DNA of 36,312 bases from NCBI GenBank assembly GCA_022712815.1, contig JAFLJW010000030.1, positions 1 to 36,312 on the forward strand, in the 5' to 3' direction. The notes under the pieces are model-generated. The model was not told the origin of the DNA, searched no databases, and saw nothing but the letters and a program-made list of their open reading frames with translations. Position numbers and translations under genes: made by a program. This stretch comes from Pseudodesulfovibrio sp. Lineage in GTDB: Bacteria > Desulfobacterota > Desulfovibrionia > Desulfovibrionales > Desulfovibrionaceae. Shown here piece after piece: positions 1 through 9,811 of this stretch; the stretch's first letter is position 1; each line of letters starts with the position of its first letter.

Positions 1-2
1 TT

Positions 3-917
3 GGAATTCCGACGAAAATTCAGGAAGCCAACCCTGTCAGGCACCATCTCATTTCAAGCGATGTCATGGACCTCATCCCAAGTACAGAACCGGACATGCA
101 CAAAAACAGTGCCGGGCATGTTCTCATCATCGGAGGTTCGCCGGGCCTGACCGGTGCGCCGCACCTTGCCGCGCTCGGTGCTCTTCGTAGCGGAGCGGGT
201 CTGGTCACCATCGCCTGCCCCGGTGGACTTGCGAATTCGGTCAAGGCCGGTTCGCCGGACATAATGACACTTCCTCTGGGCACAGGCGATCAATGGACAC
301 CTGAACTGGCGAATATCATTCTGTCAGAGGTGAAACGCTTTGATACGATAGTCGTCGGCCCCGGATTGGGAAGAGCAATAAAAACAATTGATTTCCTAAA
401 TGATTTTATTGCAAAGTGTCCGGCACGCATGGTTTTGGATGCGGATGCCTTGTTCGGACTGGCCCAGTTCCCGAATCTTATTCAGGGACTCTCAAGCCAG
501 ACCGTCTTGACACCGCATCCAGGGGAAATGGCAACGCTTTTACAGACAGATTCGGCCACAATTCAAGCAGGCAGGCTCTCTGCCGTGGAAATGTTCGTTG
601 AAAATTGTGCTGCCACACTGGTCCTGAAAGGGGCCGGAACATTGGTAGCCGACACTATAATGACCTGTATCAGTCCGTTCTCGGAACCCAACCTCGCTAT
701 CGGCGGGTCCGGTGATGTACTCTCAGGCATCATCGCTTCCCTGATGGCCCGTGGACTTCCCGCCATGCACGCCTCCTGCCTCGGAGTCTACTGGCACGGA
801 CTGACCGGACGCATGCTCAGGGAAGAATATCCGGCCCGCGGCAACCTCGCTTCCGATATTGCAAACACATTGCCTAAAACCATAAATAAATTTGCCAAGG
901 AGTTCACATCATGCTGA
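3..917 (+). CDS. nnr: NAD(P)HX repair enzyme Nnr/YjeF, C-terminal ADP-dependent dehydratase (NnrD) part; 5'-truncated by window
   Basis: Motifs HKxxxGHVLIIGGS..GAPxLAAxGALRSGAGLV, VVGPGLG, LDADAL, LTPHPGE, VLKG, LAxGGSGDVLSG. Frame is open from nt 3 (GIPTKIQ...), so the gene starts upstream of the window. Confidence 0.93.
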   Translation, partial: GIPTKIQEANPVRHHLISSDVMDLIPSTEPDMHKNSAGHVLIIGGSPGLTGAPHLAALGALRSGAGLVTIACPGGLANSVKAGSPDIMTLPLGTGDQWTPELANIILSEVKRFDTIVVGPGLGRAIKTIDFLNDFIAKCPARMVLDADALFGLAQFPNLIQGLSSQTVLTPHPGEMATLLQTDSATIQAGRLSAVEMFVENCAATLVLKGAGTLVADTIMTCISPFSEPNLAIGGSGDVLSGIIASLMARGLPAMHASCLGVYWHGLTGRMLREEYPARGNLASDIANTLPKTINKFAKEFTSC

Positions 918-1360
918 AAGCAAAAGACATTATGACAACCAAGTGCATCACCCTGACTCCTGAAACCGATATTGCAACAGCCGTGAAAACCTTGCTCGAC
1001 AACAAGATCAACGGTGCGCCTGTGGTGGAAGACGGAAAAGTAGTCGGCGTACTCTGTCAGACCGACCTGATAGTCCAGCAGAAAAAAGTCACCCTGCCTT
1101 CATTCTTCACCCTGCTCGACGGCGTGTTCCCGATTTCTTCCCACGAAGATCTGAAACGAGAGATGACCAAAATATCCGCCCTGAAAGTCGGTGATGCCAT
1201 GACCCCGGCCCCGACATTCATCACATCTGAAACAAGCATGGAAGACATTGCCACCATGATGGTTAATGGAAAATTGTACACACTGCCTGTCATTGATGAT
1301 GACAAGCTTGTAGGTGTCGTTGGCAAGGAAGATGTGCTCAAGACCCTTGTACAAGGGTAA
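911..1360 (+). CDS. CBS-domain pair protein
   Basis: Two CBS repeats (AKDIMT...INGAPVV...VVGVL; VGDAMT...LPVIDDDKLVGVV); overlaps nnr stop by 7 nt. Confidence 0.9.
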   Translation: MLKAKDIMTTKCITLTPETDIATAVKTLLDNKINGAPVVEDGKVVGVLCQTDLIVQQKKVTLPSFFTLLDGVFPISSHEDLKREMTKISALKVGDAMTPAPTFITSETSMEDIATMMVNGKLYTLPVIDDDKLVGVVGKEDVLKTLVQG

Positions 1361-1374
1361 CAGCCGGACCATTG

Positions 1375-1884
1375 ATGCCCGTAGCACTTTTTCTGAATGA
1401 CCCAGAGGCCACCATTGAATTGGGGCAGATACTGGCCAAAACACTGGCAAAAACACCACATCCTCCGGCCTTGCTTTTGCAAGGCGATCTGGGATCGGGC
1501 AAAACCACTTTGGTCAGAGGTCTGGTTGAATCCCTGCCGGGATCGGATATGGCGGAAGTATCAAGCCCCAGCTTCAATATTTTCAATCTCTATCCCACGG
1601 TGCCAGTGGTGGCTCACTTCGATCTGTACCGATTGGAGGGCATGCCTCCTGACGATGCATTATTCGAGTACATGGACGAACCCAAAACTCTGACTGTGGT
1701 GGAATGGATACAATTTCTGGATAAAAAACATTGGCCTGAAGAGGCTATTTTTCTGGAATGGACCCCGTCCGATACTGGACGAAGCCTCATGATGCATGCA
1801 ATGGGAAAGACAACTCAGGGGATAATTGAGACCCTGATGCGGCAATTGGATCAATTCATATTAAAAGCAGCAGAACTCAAATGA
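1375..1884 (+). CDS. tsaE: tRNA threonylcarbamoyladenosine biosynthesis ATPase TsaE
   Basis: LLQGDLGSGKTT Walker A, VSSPSF, HFDLYRL and VVEW signatures; ATG at 1375. Confidence 0.95.
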   Translation: MPVALFLNDPEATIELGQILAKTLAKTPHPPALLLQGDLGSGKTTLVRGLVESLPGSDMAEVSSPSFNIFNLYPTVPVVAHFDLYRLEGMPPDDALFEYMDEPKTLTVVEWIQFLDKKHWPEEAIFLEWTPSDTGRSLMMHAMGKTTQGIIETLMRQLDQFILKAAELK

Positions 1885-3116
1885 ACATAGTCGTACAGAA
1901 ATTCGGTGGAACCTCGGTTCGCAACCTCGAATGTCAACAGCAGGTAATGAAGAAGGTCCTTCGCCTCTGTCGGGAAGGAAATAAAGTCATCGTGGTCCTC
2001 TCGGCCATGTCCGGCGAGACCAATCGACTTCTGAACCTGGCAAGCAAGTGGTCAGAGAATCCCGACCGTGCAGAACTTGACTCAATGGTCTCCACCGGAG
2101 AACAAATTTCCTGCGCCCTTTTTACGATGCTCCTCAAACAGCAAGGTGTAAAAGCCCGCTCAATCCTTGGCTTTCAGGCTCCGATCATTACTGACGATGC
2201 CCACGGAAAGGCCCGTATCATCAGTATCGATGATAAAAAGCTCAAGGAACTGTTGAAGGAATACGACATTCTGGTTGTGGCAGGTTTTCAGGGATGTTCT
2301 GAAAATGGTCGCATCACCACGCTGGGTCGCGGAGGTTCAGATACCTCCGCAGTCGCTCTGGCTGCCGCTGTCAATGCTGATATTTGCGAAATTTATACCG
2401 ATGTTTCTGGCGTGTTCACCACGGACCCGAACATCTGTGCAGACGCACGAAAAATAGAGCGTGTCGCCTATGACGAAATGCTTGAAATGGCCAGCATGGG
2501 CGCAAAAGTACTCCAGCCCCGTTCCGTCGAATTTGCCAAAAAATTTAATGTAACCGTTCACGTCCGCTCCACTTTTTCCGATGAGCCGGGCACCATAGTC
2601 ACGCAGGAGGATGAAACCATGGAATCCGTTCTCGTTTCCGGCATTGCTTACGACAAGGATCAGGCCCAGATCACGCTGGTACATGTAGAGGACAAGCCAG
2701 GCGTTTCCGCCCAGATTTTCTCTCCCTTTGCAGACAAGAAAATTCTGGTGGACATGATTATCCAGAATCCGAGCAAAGACGGCAAAACAGACATGACGTT
2801 CACCATTCCCCGCGATGATATGGAACTGGCCATCAAAACACTTGAGTCCCTGCAATATGAAATCGGTTTTAAGGAGCTTAACAGCAACCTCAATGTCTCC
2901 AAAATCTCGATTATCGGCGTCGGCATGCGTAATCACTCAGGAGTGGCCGCACGGGCATTCCAGGCGCTTGCCGATGAGAACATCAATATCCTGATGATCA
3001 GTACGTCCGAGATCAAGGTTACCTGCCTGATTGACGACAAGTACACCGAACTGGCTGTACGCACACTCCACAAAGCCTTCCATCTGGAAGAAGGCGAACC
3101 AATTGAGAAATCATGA
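1881..3116 (+). CDS. lysC: Aspartate kinase with C-terminal ACT domains
   Basis: VQKFGGTSV, TTLGRGGSDTSA, YTDVxGVxTxDP, ISTSEIK; ATGA overlap with tsaE. Confidence 0.97.
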   Translation: MNIVVQKFGGTSVRNLECQQQVMKKVLRLCREGNKVIVVLSAMSGETNRLLNLASKWSENPDRAELDSMVSTGEQISCALFTMLLKQQGVKARSILGFQAPIITDDAHGKARIISIDDKKLKELLKEYDILVVAGFQGCSENGRITTLGRGGSDTSAVALAAAVNADICEIYTDVSGVFTTDPNICADARKIERVAYDEMLEMASMGAKVLQPRSVEFAKKFNVTVHVRSTFSDEPGTIVTQEDETMESVLVSGIAYDKDQAQITLVHVEDKPGVSAQIFSPFADKKILVDMIIQNPSKDGKTDMTFTIPRDDMELAIKTLESLQYEIGFKELNSNLNVSKISIIGVGMRNHSGVAARAFQALADENINILMISTSEIKVTCLIDDKYTELAVRTLHKAFHLEEGEPIEKS

Positions 3117-4717
3117 GAAAAGTAACGATATACGACACGACTTTACGGGACGGAGCTCAGGCCGAAGAACTGAATCTGACTACTCAGGATAAAATCCGCA
3201 TAGCGCACAAGCTGGACGATCTGGGTATTCACTACATCGAGGGCGGCTGGCCCGGATCAAATCCCACTGATCAAAAATTCTTTGATGAAATCAAGGGCCA
3301 CTCTTTCGACAATGCCAAACTGACGGCGTTCGGTAGTACCCACTTTGCCAAGACCACAGCGGAAAAGGATCAAAATCTGGCCGCCCTTCTCGCGGCGGAA
3401 ACTTCGGTCATTACCATTTTCGGCAAGAGCTGGGACCTGCACGCCACCACAGCCCTAGGCATTTCCCTTGAGCGCAATCTTGAACTGATAGCCAACAGTG
3501 TCAGCTACCTGAATGAACGTGTTGACGAGGTCATCTTCGATGCCGAGCATTTCTTCGACGGATTCAGGAACAACCCGGACTACGCCATCAAAGCTCTCAG
3601 GACAGCCCTTGAAGCCGGCGCATCCCGGCTGATTCTATGTGATACCAACGGCGGCACTCTGACCACTGAAATTGGCGAGACAATCAAGGCCGTGCAAAAG
3701 GCTTTGCCGGATGCCGAACTGGGCATGCACGCCCACAATGACTCCGAAGTGGCCGTGGCCAACTCTCTTGAGGCCATCCGCCTGGGGGCGACACAGGTTC
3801 AAGGCACCATCAACGGATACGGGGAACGTTGCGGCAACGCCAACCTCTGCTCGGTCATTCCGAATCTTGAGCTAAAGATGGGAATCGAAACAATCGGTCG
3901 AGAAAACTTGGTACGCTTACTGCCGACATCACATTTTGTCAGTGAAATTGCTAACCTGCGTCCGTTCATGCGGCAGCCATTCGTTGGCACCTCAGCCTTT
4001 GCACACAAGGGCGGTATTCATGTCAGTGCCATATTGAAAGATTCGAGAACTTACGAACATATCGAACCGCAACTGGTCGGCAATGAACAGCGCGTCCTGC
4101 TGTCGGACCAAGCTGGCAAGAGCAATATCCTCTTCAAGGCCAGGGAGCTTGGGTACGAGCTGGGCAAAAACGATCCAACGGTTGACACCCTGCTCAAGGA
4201 ACTGAAACTGAAGGAAAGCATGGGTTACGAGTACTCCGTGGCCGATGCTTCCTTTGAACTGATGCTCCTGAAGGCACTGGGCAAACCGCTTAACTACTTC
4301 ACTTTCAATAACTTCTTTGTTGTGGATTCAAAGCGAGAGGAAGACCCCGAGCCTTTCACCGAGGCCACGGTCATTGTCAACGTCAAAGGACAGGTCGAGC
4401 ACACTGCCGCCACTGGCATGGGTCCGGTCAACGCCCTTGACCGCGCACTGAGAAAGGGGCTTGAACGCTTCTATCCCGATCTGGGAGAAGTCCGCCTGCT
4501 CGATTTCAAGGTCCGCGTCCTGTCCGGCGCAGTTCGCGACACAGGAGGAACCGCCTCGTTCGTCCGCGTTCTCATCGAATCCGGCGACAGATACGAACAC
4601 TGGACCACCATGGGTGTCTCCCACAACATCATTGAAGCCAGTTGGCAAGCCGTGGTCGATGCCATCACCTACAAGTTGTTCAAGGACGATGTCCGTCGAT
4701 CCAAAAAATCAAAATAA
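3113..4717 (+). CDS. cimA: Citramalate synthase (CimA, LeuA-like)
   Basis: YDTTLRDGAQ, EGGWPGSNP, FDAEHFFDG, HAHND, GERCGNANL, AHKGGIH and C-terminal regulatory domain; these are CimA-subfamily motifs. Confidence 0.92.
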   Translation: MRKVTIYDTTLRDGAQAEELNLTTQDKIRIAHKLDDLGIHYIEGGWPGSNPTDQKFFDEIKGHSFDNAKLTAFGSTHFAKTTAEKDQNLAALLAAETSVITIFGKSWDLHATTALGISLERNLELIANSVSYLNERVDEVIFDAEHFFDGFRNNPDYAIKALRTALEAGASRLILCDTNGGTLTTEIGETIKAVQKALPDAELGMHAHNDSEVAVANSLEAIRLGATQVQGTINGYGERCGNANLCSVIPNLELKMGIETIGRENLVRLLPTSHFVSEIANLRPFMRQPFVGTSAFAHKGGIHVSAILKDSRTYEHIEPQLVGNEQRVLLSDQAGKSNILFKARELGYELGKNDPTVDTLLKELKLKESMGYEYSVADASFELMLLKALGKPLNYFTFNNFFVVDSKREEDPEPFTEATVIVNVKGQVEHTAATGMGPVNALDRALRKGLERFYPDLGEVRLLDFKVRVLSGAVRDTGGTASFVRVLIESGDRYEHWTTMGVSHNIIEASWQAVVDAITYKLFKDDVRRSKKSK

Positions 4718-4740
4718 ATATCTCACACAAATAAAAAGAG

Positions 4741-4775
4741 AAAGGGTTGCAGCTTGTTAGCTGCAACCCTTTTTT
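4741..4775. terminator. Bidirectional intrinsic terminator between convergent cimA and the kinase gene
   Basis: AAAGGGTTGCAGCT-tgtt-AGCTGCAACCCTTT perfect stem with a T-run on the right and an A-rich left flank. Confidence 0.88.
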
Positions 4776-4787
4776 AGTTCTCTGTAA

Positions 4788-6356
4788 CTATTTAATACTT
4801 ATACCTTTAACAAGAGGACTTTCCCTTTTCACTGGTTCACTCGCAAGACTCAAGGCTTGAGAGTGGTCAACATCAAGAGACGGAGGCAGGAGCAAAGAAA
4901 CTGTCGTGCCTTGCCCTGGCTTGCTTATCAGTTCAACCTTTCCGCCATGCTCTTCAATTATCTTCTTTATCATCGCCAATCCAAGCCCGCTTCCATCTTC
5001 CTTGGTCGAATAGAACGGATTAAAAACTTGTTCCTGTTCTCGTTCATTCATGCCGATACCTGTATCTGTCACCTGCAAGACAACATAATCGCCGTCCAAA
5101 CAAAGATTCAGCGTAATGTTGCCTCCTTGAGGCATGGCTTCTATTGAATTCTTGATGAGATTGATTACACATTGCTTCAAAGCATCTTCATTCCCCAAAA
5201 CATTTGGAAGCGGCGAAGAAGAACGGACTTCAAGGGTATAACCATGTTTGGCGTACCCGATGGCCATCAACTCAGTAGCACTCTGGCTAACAGCCAAAAG
5301 GTCGACATCGCTTTCCGATATTTTGGAAGGACAGGAAAAATTGAGCATACTCGTAAGCATCCGGTCCAGACGCTTTGTCTCTTCAACAATAATTTGCGCC
5401 TTTTCCCTGTCTTTCTCGCCAAGATTTGCCGATTTGAAAAGAGAGTTGGCGAATCCCCCTATGGCGAAAAGTGGGTTTCGTATTTCATGGGCGAGGTACG
5501 TGGACATCTCGCCAATGACAGCAAGTTTGTCCCGCTGATGCTGATGCTTTTCACGATGAGTCCGCTTTGTGATATCCCTGTGCATGACCATGATGTGAGA
5601 CATGTTGCTTCGGATATCATAAATAGGATAGGCGTAGAGACGATAATATTGAAGCAGCCCGTCCCGATTGACTCGCGTAACAAGAGCTTCCTCCTTCTGA
5701 CCACTCTTAAGAGTTTTGTGAAAAGGGCAAATGGAATCAAAGTGATCACAAAAACAGGAGCCATCCCTAAGACGAGCAACATTCCAGCAAGACTTGCCAA
5801 TCAGTTCCTCTCTGGACGTCCCTGCCCGCTCCCACACATTCCGATTCAAATCGACAATATTCCCATATTTATCCATCAAAATCATATCTTCCTGAATCTC
5901 ATCCATTATGGACTTCATCAATGTTCGCTGATGTGCGAGATTGTCCTTATAATTCCCCTTCACGAGAGTCATGTCGTGAAGGCCGCAAAAGAAAACGATT
6001 TCACGATGGTCCATGATCGATACGGACTCGGGAATCTGCTTCCTGAGTCGTGCCAATGTACCCGCACTCCCAGTCATCTCGACTATGAGGTTGATGTCCG
6101 GGTGGGAGATGAGCATCTCTGAAAATGATTCATAAATGGGGACATCTATTCCGCCAGACAGTCCCCTCTCCTCCTTGATGACATCACTCATTGCGACAAG
6201 ATGCATATCAGGAACAAACTCCCGAAAGACCTCATTGGAAATGATATCAAGCAAAACTGTGAGGCTTGGGCCACACCCGACAATTCCGACAATAAAAGCC
6301 CCTATTGCGCCATTCCAATAACACAGTCCCGGATCTTGGTATGTAATTTTGGTCAT
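4788..6356 (-). CDS. Cytoplasmic sensor histidine kinase (Rossmann-like N-terminus, PAS, HisKA, HATPase)
   Basis: H-box LAHEIRNPL, N-box NLIKNSIEA, DTGIGM, GSGLGLA; PAS region preceding the H-box; N-terminal VGIVGCG. Confidence 0.92.
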   Translation of the reverse strand: MTKITYQDPGLCYWNGAIGAFIVGIVGCGPSLTVLLDIISNEVFREFVPDMHLVAMSDVIKEERGLSGGIDVPIYESFSEMLISHPDINLIVEMTGSAGTLARLRKQIPESVSIMDHREIVFFCGLHDMTLVKGNYKDNLAHQRTLMKSIMDEIQEDMILMDKYGNIVDLNRNVWERAGTSREELIGKSCWNVARLRDGSCFCDHFDSICPFHKTLKSGQKEEALVTRVNRDGLLQYYRLYAYPIYDIRSNMSHIMVMHRDITKRTHREKHQHQRDKLAVIGEMSTYLAHEIRNPLFAIGGFANSLFKSANLGEKDREKAQIIVEETKRLDRMLTSMLNFSCPSKISESDVDLLAVSQSATELMAIGYAKHGYTLEVRSSSPLPNVLGNEDALKQCVINLIKNSIEAMPQGGNITLNLCLDGDYVVLQVTDTGIGMNEREQEQVFNPFYSTKEDGSGLGLAMIKKIIEEHGGKVELISKPGQGTTVSLLLPPSLDVDHSQALSLASEPVKRESPLVKGISIK

Positions 6357-6445
6357 GGTTAGTTTCCTGATCTGTTATTGTTTTCCTAATAGAAAAACTA
6401 CTGGTTAATCCCTCTACCCAATGAAAACATGCTGCCGCCGCCCCT

Positions 6446-9049
6446 TCATGAAACCTCTATCTTTTTAGGGTTAAACAACTTGAAATCCTGAAAAAATTTA
6501 GTCTTTCTCCTTTCAACTTCGACCTGATCCGTCATAATCATGTCCAGTTGTCTGGTATGAGTCATGAGATATCCCAAGATATTGAGGCGGTATTCCATGC
6601 CAGCTTGATCCAGACCCTCCAATCTCGCAGACATGTTATCTTCACGGACTCTGATCTTGAAATCAAATTCACTCAAGATGTCGCCAACAAACCGTGCCCG
6701 CAAGATACGACGCTTCAAATTGGCTGCACCACCTTTGAACTGAAAACTCGCATAATTCTCGGTAATACGATCACTGACCAGTGCTTCAACCCCACAGAAA
6801 TGGAACCCAAAACGAGATTGAAGACTGCAATAATTTTTTGAAACCATGAAATAATTTTTCTGAGTGAACCGCGATGGCCCTGCCGGATTCAAATCCGGGT
6901 TGATTGTCGCCTCAAACATCACGGACATCAATCCCCGGGGGTGAACGGGCGGCGGCCCCTCCCAAGGCACCGCATCCATCCCCTTAAACACAGCTCTCAT
7001 GGGAATCGAATTCACATGCTCCAAAAGTACGCAATGATCAGCCCGATCTTCACCCTTGGGGTCTATGCCATCATCCAGATTGAGCACCCAAAACTGTTTG
7101 GGGACATTGCATATAAGCTGACGGGAAGCGGCCTGCGCAAACGCATCATTTGTGCCGAATTCAAACATTTCACGAACGGCCATCTCGTGACAAAAGCGCA
7201 TGATATCATGCAAAGTCCTGCACTGTTCCGGCTTGAAATTCAAAGAATCAGAATCGGTCAAATTGAGGCGTACTATATGTCTTGCCGCATCTCTGAGTGT
7301 TGCCTGGACAGGACTGCCTCGCATAATCCGCTTTCTGGGCTTCTTGTTGAATAACGCTTCCACCAGTCCATCGTAAACCGTCCGGCCATCTGCATCCACT
7401 GTGATTGTTTGGCCATTAGTTAAATGGCTTTGTGCGCCCTTGACCCCAAACAGAGCCGGAACGCCAAACTCTCTGGCCACATTTGCCAGATGACCGGCAA
7501 CTCCTCCCTGTTCAGAGATGACAGCACTGCATCTGCCAAGCAGGGGTGCCATACTCGATAGAGCCTGTTTGATGACAAGGACTGCTCCATCTGGAAAAAG
7601 CAGAATATCCGCATCCTTACGAACAATAAAAACCGACCCGCAACCAACACCGGGACTCGCATTCCTGCCTCCAGAAAGATATGGTGCAGGCAAGGATGAA
7701 TTTTTTGATGCCAAAACCATATCCTGTTCAACTTGCAACAAAGGACGGCATTGCAACAAATGAAACTGACCATCTTCCGTCATTGCCCACTCCACATCCT
7801 GTGGAAGACCAAAATACTCTTCGATGCGCAGGACTTCCATTGCAATGCAGAGAACCTGCCCGTCAGTAAGGGACGGTGCATTCCGGTCACTTTCAATCAG
7901 GGGCATACGGCAGATTCCTTCCCCAACACCACAAATATATTTTTCGGTTTTTTCGGCAATCTGGCGACTGATTATATGAAGATCAGGGACACGACTGACC
8001 AGAAATTCGTCAGTTTCCGCAGATCCATCGACAACGGCTTTGGGCAATCCCCATACAGAATGGATTGAGATGTTCTCATCACGAATATTCACAGGACTGC
8101 GCGAATAGGCCACACCACTGGCGTGAGCATCCACCATGACCATGCATCCCACACAGACAGCCACGTTCTCATCCTTGATCCCACGGTTGATACGATAAGC
8201 CATGGCCTGCTGAGAATATTTGGAAGCCATGACCTCCTTGCATGCCGAAAGCAGGAACTCTCGCCCCACATTAAGCACAGAACGATACTGACCGGCAAAA
8301 GCAGTTCCTTCAATATCCTCACCCAAGGCACTTGAGCGAACTGCCAATTTCACTTGCATTCCGAAAGTCACGCACAGGGAATCGTATGCCTGTAGTATGG
8401 CCTCGGCCAGGTCATCAGGAAAACTGGATTCAATGATCAATTGCATAACCTTGGATGAGGTTTGGAACATGGCCTCACGGCTATCAAGATCAGCACCTTG
8501 AATCTGACGATCTATTTCCTCGATTAGTCCACTTTTTTTCATGAAACGATGAAAAGACTCTGTAGTAATGACAAAACCTGACGAAATGGGTAAATTAAGT
8601 TTATTCCCGACTTCACCGAGCATCGCCATCTTGGGACCACAAAGGTCGGCCTGATCTCGCCCGACATCATGGATGTCTACGATCAATTCTCTTGTCTGCA
8701 CGTACGATTTTGGCTCGATGTGTGCCTGTATATTATTTTGAATATCATCAAATACAACAAACAATTCAGAATATGACTCTGGATTCAATTCATTAAGATG
8801 CTTGATCATTTGATAAATGGAAGTGGAAATTCTGGTACACAAGGCCTGGATGTAGTGCATTCCATAGGGCTTAAAACCCCGCAAGGCCTCTTCAAGCTCC
8901 GCCACTAATTCGTGGGCTCTGGTATTGGCCTGAATGAGCAACCTGAACTGATTATAGCGGGATGCGAACGACCGGCGTATTTCAGCCAGTTCTTCCTGGG
9001 TTTTCTCAACCTTATTTTGTCTGGACAAAAACCAATTAAACATACCCAT
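6446..9049 (-). CDS. PEP-synthase/pyruvate,water dikinase-like protein (ATP-grasp + phospho-His swivel domain, atypical C-terminus)
   Basis: GPKMAMLG, AVRSSALGED..AFAGQY, GLPKAVVDG, QDVEWA, LQCRP; swivel domain GGVAGHLANVAREFGVPA, ITVDA. No recognisable PEP/pyruvate TIM-barrel motifs. Confidence 0.85.
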   Translation of the reverse strand: MGMFNWFLSRQNKVEKTQEELAEIRRSFASRYNQFRLLIQANTRAHELVAELEEALRGFKPYGMHYIQALCTRISTSIYQMIKHLNELNPESYSELFVVFDDIQNNIQAHIEPKSYVQTRELIVDIHDVGRDQADLCGPKMAMLGEVGNKLNLPISSGFVITTESFHRFMKKSGLIEEIDRQIQGADLDSREAMFQTSSKVMQLIIESSFPDDLAEAILQAYDSLCVTFGMQVKLAVRSSALGEDIEGTAFAGQYRSVLNVGREFLLSACKEVMASKYSQQAMAYRINRGIKDENVAVCVGCMVMVDAHASGVAYSRSPVNIRDENISIHSVWGLPKAVVDGSAETDEFLVSRVPDLHIISRQIAEKTEKYICGVGEGICRMPLIESDRNAPSLTDGQVLCIAMEVLRIEEYFGLPQDVEWAMTEDGQFHLLQCRPLLQVEQDMVLASKNSSLPAPYLSGGRNASPGVGCGSVFIVRKDADILLFPDGAVLVIKQALSSMAPLLGRCSAVISEQGGVAGHLANVAREFGVPALFGVKGAQSHLTNGQTITVDADGRTVYDGLVEALFNKKPRKRIMRGSPVQATLRDAARHIVRLNLTDSDSLNFKPEQCRTLHDIMRFCHEMAVREMFEFGTNDAFAQAASRQLICNVPKQFWVLNLDDGIDPKGEDRADHCVLLEHVNSIPMRAVFKGMDAVPWEGPPPVHPRGLMSVMFEATINPDLNPAGPSRFTQKNYFMVSKNYCSLQSRFGFHFCGVEALVSDRITENYASFQFKGGAANLKRRILRARFVGDILSEFDFKIRVREDNMSARLEGLDQAGMEYRLNILGYLMTHTRQLDMIMTDQVEVERRKTKFFQDFKLFNPKKIEVS

Positions 9050-9097
9050 GCGTTCGCAACCCGCTTTATAATTAAGGCTTGCACCTATGCCTTGAAG

Positions 9098-9808
9098 CTA
9101 TATTTCCTTCTTTCTACTAGGTGTCATCTCCAGTCCGAGGCCTTCGCACATGAAGAAGATACCATACCCCCACCACATGGTGTAGACGACATAAAAGACC
9201 AAAGCAAAAAGAAGGATACCCCATCTTTCCGCAGCATTCTGTCCTTTTATACCATAGTAATTGTAGCCAACTTCAATAGCCCGCTTAACAATCCCCTTAT
9301 CTATGAATATCGCTGGGCGAAAAAGCTTCTGTTGATTCAAGGAACTTTTGATTTCCTTCATCATCGTCCACCATACGAACATGGCCAGCTTTTCATCCAT
9401 TGCATATTTCTGAGCCAAAACCTGACCGTTATTCTTGAACATGGCATCAGAATCCTCGACAGCTCGCACCATCAGCACACCAAGGTCGCCAGATACCGTT
9501 ATACCCGGATCGGTATTTAGGACAGTGAAGCCATTTTTCATCAGAATTTTTCTGGCATACGGTACAAGGGTTTGATCATCCGCAAAGATCGTTGCTTTAA
9601 AAGCTTTACCATCAAACTCTTTGGCTTCGGCCATGACCTGCGGGATATAATAAGTCGATCCCTTGGATATGGAATTGAACAGGTTATCTGATGCATGGAA
9701 AGCATTTGTCCCATTAAAATTGGGGGTGAACATGTAGTACAATACAGACAGGAATGTGACAGCAAGGGCCATCCCCTGAAAAAAAACCTTTTTATTATAA
9801 ATAATCAT
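9098..9808 (-). CDS. Conserved hypothetical membrane protein, partner of the TauE-family permease
   Basis: Hydrophobic N- and C-terminal segments; RBS GGAGGG; starts 3 nt after the permease stop. Confidence 0.8.
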   Translation of the reverse strand: MIIYNKKVFFQGMALAVTFLSVLYYMFTPNFNGTNAFHASDNLFNSISKGSTYYIPQVMAEAKEFDGKAFKATIFADDQTLVPYARKILMKNGFTVLNTDPGITVSGDLGVLMVRAVEDSDAMFKNNGQVLAQKYAMDEKLAMFVWWTMMKEIKSSLNQQKLFRPAIFIDKGIVKRAIEVGYNYYGIKGQNAAERWGILLFALVFYVVYTMWWGYGIFFMCEGLGLEMTPSRKKEI

Positions 9809-9811
9809 GAC

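Noticed and set aside
5172-6122. 316-aa + strand ORF
   Set aside because: Antisense shadow of the histidine kinase; no recognisable motifs.
6446-9049. Calling this gene ppsA
   Set aside because: C-terminal PEP/pyruvate-binding barrel motifs are not recognisable.
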